64,000 nucleotides of DNA from Eledone cirrhosa (lineage: Eukaryota), in assembly GCA_964016885.1 (NCBI GenBank), contig OZ024746.1, positions 61,256,001-61,320,000 on the forward strand. The letters are read 5' to 3'. Below the pieces are notes generated by a model. It worked only from the letters and a program-made list of their open reading frames with translations, did no database searches and was not told the origin of the DNA. This document shows positions 1-12,123 of this stretch, piece by piece (the stretch's first letter is position 1; each line of letters starts with the position of its first letter). The position numbers and the translations under genes were made by a program.

Positions 1-55
1 AGAAGAAGAAAGTGAGAACAGGAAGAAACGGGAAAACAGCCATTTTGGAGAGATG

Positions 56-492
<437 letters not shown>

Positions 493-495
<3 letters not shown>

Positions 496-741
496 GTTAT
501 GTAATAAACAACATAAGGCAATTATTCCATTTACCAGTGGTTTCTTAAAAGCAAAAGATTTTGCTTTCAATCGTCAGAATGAAAAAATCCTGGTCTGTTT
601 ATTGAATTTGGATTTTAAAAATCCAAATTCAATAAACAGACCAGGATTTTTTCATTCTGACGATTGAAAGCAAAATCTTTTGCTTTTAAGAAACCACTGG
701 TAAATGGAATAATTGCCTTATGTTGTTTATTACATAACTAT
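493..741. repeat. Perfect palindrome (124-bp arms, 1-nt spacer at 617)
   Basis: 493-616 is the reverse complement of 618-741 (GGATTTT-A-AAAATCC at centre). Confidence 0.95.
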
Positions 742-1018
742 TAAGCTCTGTTACCTACATAGAGCACTCTTTTTTCCTGGACTTTTCCGACGGAATTACT
801 TCATTTATATATATATATATATATATGACCAATGGACAACAACAACCACCCATAATTTGTGGTCCCTATGGTGGATGGTCCACCGGATCCTCTACTGGTT
901 AGGAGTCATCAAAACCACGTTTTATTGAACCTGATTTTATATATGTATTATATGTATATATATATTTTATATGTGTATATGTGTGTATTTTGTATGTATA
1001 TATATATATATATATATG

Positions 1019-1050
<32 letters not shown>

Positions 1051-1154
1051 GTATTTTATATATATATATGTGTATGTATATTTTATATGTGTATATATTT
1101 TGTGTATGTATATATTTTATACATATATGTATTTTATATGTATATATATTTTGT

Positions 1155-1217
1155 GTACTCTTTTACTCTTTTACCTGTTTCAGCCATCCGGCTGAGACCA
1201 TGCTGGAGCACCGCCTG
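1155..1217 (-). mobile_element. SINE 3' tail fragment
   Basis: Minus strand GGCGGTGCTCCAGCATGG...CTGAAACAGGTAAAAGAGTAAAAGAGTA ends in a short tandem tail and resembles an octopus SINE tail as I recall it. Confidence 0.55.
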
Positions 1218-1903
1218 TGTATATATATATTTTATATATATATGTGTATTTTATATATATATATATATACTTGTGCGTGCATATATATATATATATACAC
1301 ACCTGTATGGATTTGTGTGTGTAGATGTGTGTGTGTCTGAGGGGGTAGGTGTGAGTGTATGTACAAGTCAACCAACATAAGCCTTTTATTTCTAAATTTT
1401 CTAAACTAAGTATTTGACTCTAACCATTATTTTAAGTATTACCACTCCACATTTTGTATGTGTGGATGTGTGTGTGTGTTTGTGGAGGTGGGTGTGAGTG
1501 TATGTGCAAGCCAACCTACATAAGTCTTTTTATTTGTAAATTTTCTACTCTAACCATAAATTTCAGTAGCACCACTCCACATAAATTCCTCAAAATTAAG
1601 AATGACCTGTAGTATCTATTTCATACTATTAACCTTAATTGAATATATATCTGACCAGGAATGCTTTTTGTGAAAATCAGTCATATGGAATTATTGTCAT
1701 CTTGCCTGACGGTTTGAACTTTACAACACCACCTGCCTCTTTGAGGTCAAATACCAACCCTACTAGCATCTACAAACTGACCAATAAGAATTAAGACTAT
1801 TCCTGCTGACAACATTAAATTATTCCTAACAAGCTCATATGTCCCAAGGCTCTGAAACCATCAACACCAAAAACACAGAGCTGGCATATCTAAGAACTGA
1901 CTA

Positions 1904-1959
1904 ACTGCCTGATGAGGTCATAGCCATTCAATGGCTATCATCGAAATATATATAGCAGT
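1904..1959 (+). ncRNA. Type I hammerhead ribozyme (minimal stem III, PLE type)
   Basis: Stem I ACTGC/GCAGT, CTGATGA 1909-1915, stem II 1916-1942 (11 of 12 pairs), GAAA 1943-1946, palindromic TATATA, UA cleavage after 1954; AATAAA follows. Confidence 0.85.
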
Positions 1960-2003
1960 AAATAAAGGATTATGAGTTCATGCAATTGACTTATGTTTCG
2001 TCA

Positions 2004-3240
<1,237 letters not shown>

Positions 3241-3684
3241 TCTATTCATCACTCCATCAATGAATCAGTCAATCTCTTTCTGTCTTTCTCTCTCATCTAT
3301 CACTTATCTCTCTATATATATATCTTTCTTTCCTTCCCTCCCACTCATTCTATCTATCTGTCTCTCTACCTCCACCTCCACGTATTGTCATACCTATTAA
3401 GTCTCTCCCCACACCTCCAAACCTCACACTACCCACTTTACCACATGTCTCTGTTCCTAGAAATCCAGTCTCAGCATTTCCCCGCTACATGTATCAACGT
3501 GCAGAATGTTGAGCAGGGTAGACATCAACCCTGTCAACCCTGTCAGTCTGAGACGGCCTAAAAACATTTTGAATACTGACACCGTTTTCTTGAGCTGAAA
3601 AGTTAAAAAAACAAAATTCTCCGGTAGTGTGGCGTGGAACCTCTCCCTTTCCTTCCTTCTTTCTTTCTTTTTTTTCTTCTTTTT

Positions 3685-3732
<48 letters not shown>

Positions 3733-3817
3733 GCTTTCTTTCTTTCTGTCTGTCTATATATCTATATGTATATAGATATTCATATATACATAGATAAATA
3801 CATAATACATACACATA

Positions 3818-3884
<67 letters not shown>

Positions 3885-4528
3885 GTATGTATATATATAT
3901 TTACATATGCGAACTCTCACACATACAAAACACACATATATGCATATATACATATATACATATATGCATCGAAACAGATACACGCCTTCATAACCACATA
4001 GGTAACAACAACAACAACAAAATCTCATTAACTGTTCCATTGTTGTAAGTCACTCAAACTGTCCACGTGATATCTCCCCTATCCAACCTGCCCCTAAAAT
4101 CCTGTCACCTCCATATGATGTATTGTTAAAATTAGAACGCCTCTTTGTTCCATTATACAATTTCATAAAAATCATTCCATGTTTACTCTAACAATATGTC
4201 TCTAAGCGCAATTTCTAATTCCAGAAATAGTCGAGTACATTAAAATTATATATAAGAAAAATATCCACACACACACACACAGCTCAGGCACAAACACATA
4301 CACAAACACACACAAACACACACACATCTCAGCACACACACTCAGACACAAACACATAAACACATACATAAACACACACATACTCACACAAACACAAACA
4401 CACTCAGACACATACACACACAGACACACACTCAGACTCAAATACAAACACATACATACACATACACACATACACACATAGATACACAACACACACACAC
4501 ACATACACACAACTCACACACACACACA

Positions 4529-4623
<95 letters not shown>

Positions 4624-5295
4624 GATAGATATAAATATCTCTATATATAAAACAGAGGATGTCTGTCTGTCTGTCCGTGTAAATCCCTAAAACTCGAGAA
4701 GTACCCGACCGATTTTTTTCAAACTTTACACATGCGTTACTTATATTCCTTTTTCTTCGTTAGGCGAAAAACCGCATTTTAAAGGCATTTTAAAGCTTTT
4801 TTGAGGCTTAACTTAAAGATAATCCAGCCGATTTCCTCGGAATTTGCAGCACACATTAGTTAGTCTCCTCGCATTGCTGTGGACAAAAAAATTTCCGATT
4901 CCATTAAAGGTTTCTAGGAAATTTACGAATTAGCATTGGTCCATTTTCATTTTCAATATAAGCGCTACTTAAATAAGTTAACGTAAGTATCGTATAATAT
5001 TTCGTTAAAAAATTGGCTTGAAAGGCAAAGTTAACCTCGGCGGGATTTGAACTCAGATAATAATGGTTTCTTATATAGGCACAAGGCCAGCAATTTGGGG
5101 AGAAGGGAAAGTCGATTAAATCGACTCCAGTGCGTGACTGGTACTTTATTTTATCGACCCCGTAAGGATGAAAGGCAAAATTTACCTCAGCGGGATTTGA
5201 ACTCAGATCATAAAGGGCCATCACTCTATGCTGCAAAGCATGGTGTCCGACGCTCTACCGATTCTACCAATCTATCGCCCTTGAGTTAGAAAAAA

Positions 5296-5480
5296 ATAAT
5301 TGTTTCTACTTTAGGCACAAGGCCAGCAATTACCCAGTGCATTACTGGTACTTTATTGTATCGACCCCCGTAAGGATGAAAGGCAAAGTCAACCTCGGCG
5401 GGATTTGAACTCAGATTGTAAAGGGACGTAACTATGCTGGAAAGCATGGCGTCCGACCCTCTACCGATACTGCCAATCCA
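5296..5480 (-). mobile_element. tRNA-derived SINE, family A
   Basis: A-box/B-box-like head (TGGCAGTATCGG...GTTCAAATCC), body GCCTTTCATCCTTACGGGGTCGAT, tail TTGTGCCTAAAGTAGAAACAATTAT; related pieces directly upstream at 5017-5280. Confidence 0.85.
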
Positions 5481-6922
5481 ATAATGCAATGTATTTAATC
5501 GGCGTCTAGCACTGGTGAAAAGCCAGATACATTTTAAAGGAAGGACGCTGTCATTTGAAACCCCTCTAGTACAAGTTTAGTAGTTATTTTACGTAATAAA
5601 TGTGATTTGAACACAGAACTTAGAATCTCGAAACCAAATAGTACATAGTTGTTGTTTGACATTCTTTCATTTGTACCACGTTCACGTTGTTTCCTCTTAA
5701 AATAAAACAAACATTTACATTTTCGTTGATCAGCATATTGAAAATTTACTGGTTTTTTTTCTTATATAATGTGTACACATGTCGCATATTTTTTTATTCA
5801 TAGAAAGAAATACTTATACTTCAGCTATAAACAAAGTTTAACTATATTTTTTTAAAAAAACGTTATATGTCAGCACAAGATATGTAATTTAATGACATGT
5901 TTCAATTCTGTATTTATCGAACTTGTATTTTTGAAAACATGTCATGTAAAATATTGTGTCTGTCGTTGAATTTAAATATTATAGGTTGTAATAAAGTAGA
6001 TATATTTGTTTGGGGGGTATTTAAAAAAAAATATTTAACCTTCCAAAATATGTTTTTATTAGATTTAAATCTTTCAGATATGCTATACATATACATAAGT
6101 TGAATGACTAAAACACTACATCTGGCAACCGGTGCCATATATCTGGTATATGTATGTAGATCGACTGGAGCAGAGATTGAAATGTGTTAACGTTACTTCA
6201 AGCAGGGTTTCAATATTCATTCATAGCAACACAAGGATTACAATATGTCGATTTAATTTACATTTATATTTATTTATTTTCACTAATAGCAGTCGTATAT
6301 GACTAAAATCAAAGCCAGAGTTATTGATTGAATTTTAATGGTTTCATTTATATTAGTTTCCATTTCAGTTATTCTTTTACCTTTAATGGACATTTTATTT
6401 CAGTGATACACAATTTTCATTTAAGCTATTTCTATTTTCGCATCATACGTGTTCTGATATTCGTCTTTCATCTTTACACTGTCGTTTAAATAAGTATTAT
6501 TCAAGTACTGGAGTCGATATATTCCTTTACAAACCACTCCAACACACGCATGAGAGAGTGGGAGAGAGAAAAATGGATTCTCATTTGTGTATACATGTGA
6601 GAAAACCTTGATTAAAGAAAAAAAAAATGATAGAAGTTGAGTGGTATATAATTAATTATTAGCAATAGAAATTTTACAAATGTTACTCCGAGTACTTGAC
6701 GATCTTGGAATGATTACTGAAAAACTTTTTCTAAGAAACGGTACAAAGGACACGACTTGTATAAAAGTGAATTTCTTTTTTGTTATTTCTTTATTTTCTT
6801 TGAATGAAAGTTTTTAAATCGAAAATTATTCTTAACCAAAATATTTTCCTGTAGATAAAACATTCTAAGAAAGAAAATAAAACATTCTAAGAAAGAAGTA
6901 GGCAACGAACAATTCTTTAGCA

Positions 6923-7113
6923 ATAATTGTTTCTAATTTTGGCACAAGGCCAGCAATTATCCCAGTGTATTACTGATACTTTATTTTATCGACCCCATAA
7001 GAATGAAAGGCAAAGTTAACCTCGGCGGGATTTGAACTCAGACCATAAAGGGCCGTAAATCTATGCTGCAAAGCATGGCGTCCGACCCTCTACAGATACT
7101 GCCAATCCACCGC
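6923..7113 (-). mobile_element. tRNA-derived SINE, family A
   Basis: High similarity to the 5296-5480 and 16615-16803 copies. Confidence 0.85.
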
Positions 7114-7164
7114 AATAATATACCAAGATACAGTTAGTAATAAATTCAGACTATTCAGTTAAAC

Positions 7165-7466
7165 AAGTGGTTCTCAAACTTTTTGGGCCACCGCCCCTCT
7201 CACAGCCACGTAATACCCTCAGCACCACCACCCCTATTTCCAGAGAGACCTTCCTACACACAAATTGTAAATAATATATAATAAATAAAATCGTTAATAT
7301 ATATATAATAAATAATATAATTTATACTATGTATAAATAAATATTTTATATTTTTTATTTTACTATATTTATGTATAACATGCATTATTTGGTATTTAAT
7401 ATATTATTATATCACCTCTATCGACCCCTGGGGGAGTAGCGGTGGCGCTCACTTTGAGAACCTCTG
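7165..7466. mobile_element. hAT (Charlie-like) MITE
   Basis: TIRs AGTGGTTCTCAAA / TTTGAGAACCTCTG; imperfect 8-bp flanks AGTTAAAC / AATGAAAC. Confidence 0.75.
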
Positions 7467-9235
7467 AATGAAACAATTAGAATCCTGTAAAAACTAATCA
7501 ATTTCTTAGGGGGCAAAGAGTGCATCGAAAAATCAGATGGAGAAATATATGGAGAACCGTTTTAAAAAATGTCCACTATATTTCGAAAGTAGTAGCTTCT
7601 GTGTATTTTAAACTTGAAATACACTTGTTTAACTACTTTAAATGAATTCTCAGTAAATTCAATACAGTATTTTGAGATGATATTTTCCGTATGGGGGAAT
7701 TTAGCACGATAAACTAGAACATTTTGAAGGCACACACCATTAAGTGAACAAAGGGTTATCGCAGTTGCATGTAACAAAGAAAGTAAGATATCTCTATGGA
7801 AAATATTTTTGGTTGTAGATTTAGTAATGAAAACTGCGAAGTTGATAATGTAGGAATAACTTAATTTTATCTTGTCTCTATGATTAAAGATCTAGGAATA
7901 TTTATGATGCAAATGGAAATCGTAACATATTAAATTAAATATATCTCTTGCGATGTATGAATGGTCATTTAGCAACAGAATGGATTATATTAAAATCTTC
8001 CATTTCCTATTTTTACGTTCGTAAATATTAGCATGTAATAAATGTTTGTCTGTGAAACCATGACTTTTAAATTGGTAAAATAATTGTTTCTACTTTAGGC
8101 ACAAGGCCAGCAATTACCCAGTACATTACTGGTACTTTATTTTATCGACCCCATAAATTGGTACTTTATTTTATCGACCCCATTAAATTGGTAAAATAAT
8201 ATTGACGAAAGGTAATTCCGTCGGCCTTGTGTCAAAAGTAGAAATAATTATTTTTAAATGCATCATTGTAATGACGCGCAACGCTATTGAAAAAACGGTG
8301 ATTAGAAGGTGTTTTAGATATTTCTTTCCTAATATCTTTACAAGATATATTTTAAATTACGAACAAGGTAGTGAAATTTATTATTGATGTACATTTTATG
8401 GATTCTAGTAAAAAGTGTCGTTCAGAAACATAACATCATGCTTAGTGTCGATCATAATAATTAAATCTAATATCATAAATATATCGATAAACTCTTTCTA
8501 AAACTATCTAATTCAGGAGCGTTGATATTATGAGATATATCCAAACCATTAATTTGGTATAAACCAGCCTGCAAACAAAAAAATTTAGAATATGTCGTTC
8601 AAATTTTCAAGACTTCAGTCCCTGTTTTGCTATGACCATACATAAAGCTCAGGGCCAGAGTCTCAAAGTTGTAGGATTGAATATGAGAAACCGGCTTTTA
8701 CCCATAAGTAGGTTGTTCACGAGTGGGAACACCTAGAAATCTTCATATACAATGTACGAACAGTAAAACGAAGAGTCTGCTGTATCTGAAAGACTTTTGA
8801 ATGTTTTTTTTTCTTTTGTCGCACACACACATACGCCAGTCTCGTCTCATACTGTAAACCAGACATCATATCCAATACATTCGTTTTCTCTTCCATCGGT
8901 CTTCTCTTATTATCTGCTTACCCGGGCAAAGCTGAGTACCTCAGTTAGTTTGGCATAATTCAACGCCAACATGTAAAATTTTGTTTTCACATACTACGTT
9001 TCGGCAATAACTTTCTACACTGAAAGAAAATAGGTTTCCGTTTCAAATTGTCAACTAATCAGAATACGTCTGCTCAGTCAAGATATTTTGTTTATATACC
9101 TAACACTATTATTCCATCTTTCAATAACTTTCAAGATCAGAATCAAGAAACTCAGAGTATGTTATCGACAGATGTAAGATTGAGTACTCAATGCCGAAGT
9201 AAAGTTTAAATATTCTTTATTATGGTTAAGTGGTG

Positions 9236-9290
9236 AGCCTTATTACTCCGGAGTTTCACCTCTGCATTCACAGGCTCATCAGATGAGACT
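9236..9290 (-). ncRNA. Type I hammerhead ribozyme
   Basis: Minus: AGTCTCAT-CTGATGA-GCCT...AGGT-GAAA-CTCCGGAG-TA-ATAAGGCT; stem I 7 of 8 pairs, palindromic stem III. Confidence 0.8.
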
Positions 9291-9505
9291 AAATATTCAA
9301 TAACAGAGACTGTGTAAATAGAGCAAGACTCCTTTCCACCTGTCCAGAGAGTTAAGACTTCCATTAACCTTAGTTTCGGCTTATTCTATATGTCATAGTC
9401 ATCTTGAGAGAGAGAGCAAGATTACTCCTTTAAAGAGAAAAATAGGGGTGCAAAAGGTTGTCATGTTAGATAGTGAACACACACATACACATTTACACAC
9501 ACACG

Positions 9506-9541
<36 letters not shown>

Positions 9542-9726
9542 CACTCATATGTACATAAATACATATATACATACATACAGAAAATACACATATATAAATA
9601 TATATATGTGTGTGTGTGTATACGTATATATATATATATATATATACGGACGTTGATTTTCGTTAATTCCTGAGCTGAAAACGATTCTCGCTAATTTATA
9701 TTTATATATATATATATATATATATA

Positions 9727-10924
9727 TGTAGCGAAATCTGTCCACGCCTTGAACCGTGGGTGACACCTAAAGGTCAAACTCTAGGTCACCACCCTTTTGG
9801 TGTTAACAGGTTCATGCGTGGGCTATCCCCTCAAGGTGGGAGACAGAAAGCGACAGGTATATAAAACTCACCTAGCATACAGAGAGATCGGAGCACCAGG
9901 ATACAGACAAGCTACGTGAAAGACTCACCGCTATCTACAGGCCCCAGAGGTCTACAGACATACAGAGAGATAGGAGCAGTACACTATTACAAGCTATGTG
10001 AAAGATTCACCGCTATCTACTGGCCACAGAGGTCTACAGACATACAGAGAGATAGGAGCAGTACACTATTACAAGCTACGTGAAAGACTCACCGCTATCT
10101 ACTGGCCACAGAGGTCTACAGACATACAGAGAGATAGGAGCAGTACACTATTACAAGCTATGTGAAAGATTCACCGCTATCTACTGGCCACAGAGGTCTA
10201 CAGACATACAGAGAGATAGGAGCAGTACACTATTACAAGCTACGTGAAAGACTCACCGCTATCTACTGGCCACAGAGGTCTACAGACATACAGAGAGATA
10301 GGAGCAGTACGCTATTACAAGCTATGTGAAAGATTCACCGCTATCTACTGGCCACAGAGGTCTACAGACATACAGAGAGATAGGAGCAGTACACTATTAC
10401 AAGCTACGTGAAAGACTCACCGCTATCTACTGGCCACAGAGGTCTACAGACATACAGAGAGATAGGAGCAGTACGCTATTACAAGCTATGTGAAAGATTC
10501 ACCGCTATCTACTGGCCACAGAGGTCTACAGACATACAGAGAGATAGGAGCAGTACACTATTACAAGCTACGTGAAAGACTCACCGCTATCTACAGGCCA
10601 CAGAGGTCTACAGACATACAGAGAGATAGGAGCAGTACGCTATTACAAGCTATGTGAAAGATTCACCGCAATCTACAGGCCACAGTGGTCTACAGTCAAC
10701 TACAGACCATTCAGAGGTATACAGACCATTACTCTCTCTCACTCACTATGGTCTCAGACTACAACAGCCTCATGAACCAACGACAAAAATAACATTTTCA
10801 ACCTTCGCAACTCGTGGTAATATGTTTATTGTTCTTTTTGACTGAAGTGAAGTAAACTTTTATATATAAAGTAAATCAGCCATTCTTGTTATTTCATCTA
10901 ATAACCGTGTTAATCCATCTAACA
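9727..10924 (+). mobile_element. Possible solo LTR containing a tandem array
   Basis: Begins TGTAG, ends CTAACA, TATATAAAA at about 9858, GC-richer than flanks; no TSD identified. Confidence 0.45.
9916..10696. repeat. 82-bp minisatellite, about 9.5 copies
   Basis: GTGAAAGA recurs at 9916, 9998, 10080 ... 10654. Confidence 0.95.
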
Positions 10925-11279
10925 ATTTCTTATACCCTTCGTTAAATATATATATACACGCATACATACTAAATAGAATGTTTAAAAAAGGTATTAGGCC
11001 AGTAAAAATACCTTCCGATATAGAGGTGCATCACAATGCATTTCTTCCGATCGGAATCGATGAAATAAATACCACCCGTATCTTAAGATCGATCACATTG
11101 ATTATACCCTTTCTCGAAACATTTTCCTCCAAAGTTATAAATCGTTATATTTATTCCCATTCATAACTTATTCTGTAATATCAACATCAGACAAGAAATA
11201 ATGTAAAACACCAGTTTTCTCTAAAAATAATTCAAACATAAATCACAGATAAGAAAAGATTATAAAATATTCACTAAAG

Positions 11280-11710
11280 TTGAAACAAAGCAACAACAAC
11301 AATAACAAAAACAAGAACAATGACAAAACAACAACAATAATAAAACAACAACAATGAAAACACAACAACAATAACAAAACAACAACAATGACAAAACAAC
11401 AACAATAACAAAACAACAACAATAACAAAACAACAACAATGACAAAACAACAACAATAACAAAACAACAACAATGACAAAACAACAACAATAACAAAACA
11501 ACAACAATAACAGAACAACAACAATAACAAAAACAACAATGACAAAACAACAACAATGACAGAACAACAACAATGACAAAACAACAACAATAACAAAACA
11601 ACAACAATAACAGAACAACAACAATAACAAAAACAACAATGACAAAATAACAACAATAACAGAACAACAACAATGACAAAACAACAACAATAACAAAACA
11701 ACAACAACAC
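11280..11710. repeat. AAC-rich compound micro/minisatellite
   Basis: Repeats of ACAAAACAACAACAAT(A/G). Confidence 0.95.
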
Positions 11711-12123
11711 TTACTGACGCAGAGGAAATAAAAAAGAATCATTATAAAAAAGTCAATGTAAAAATAAATTCAACGCCATTTTTTTCTGTGCATTTTTTTG
11801 TCTATCGACACTAGGGGGAACTTTTCTATTGTTTATTTCTCACATTAGTACACCTTCACATATTTATACCAGTTGGGTAGTTGAGGGAGTATAGTCGATT
11901 GACTCTACCCCAGAGTATAGTTGGTACTTATCTAATTATAAAGAGACATTAACTCGTTATATTTGTCCCAATTAAAGTATTTAGGTTATTTCATATCCAG
12001 AAAATATTGGCTTCTACTTTTCGCACAAGGCCAATATTGATCACAAAACATAAATGTGTGTATATATATATATATATGGGTTTTAGTCTTCAAATTTATT
12101 ATTATTACTATATATATATATAT

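Larger units (their letters stand above)
4638..8948 (+). mobile_element. Decayed Helitron (5' TC end, PIF1-like helicase remnants, 3' hairpin + TTAG) with nested SINEs and a MITE
   Basis: 5' A|TCTCTATATATAAAA...(GTCT)n; helicase motif FAMTIHKAQGQSLKVVGLN at about 8626-8682 and MLLRVLD...RNGT at about 6680-6745; 3' TACCCGGGCAAAGCTGAGTA imperfect hairpin then CAGTTAG|T (CTAG variant). Confidence 0.7.

Noticed and set aside
826-935. Short peptide GPPDPLLVRSHQNH between TA tracts
   Set aside because: Too short, with no splice or homology support
9916-10696. CRISPR-like regular array (also 56860-57600)
   Set aside because: No unique spacers, no cas genes, eukaryotic context: plain tandem repeats
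11243-11742. Cys/Val/Leu-rich ORFs
   Set aside because: Antisense reading of an AAC-rich repeat; open in all three frames
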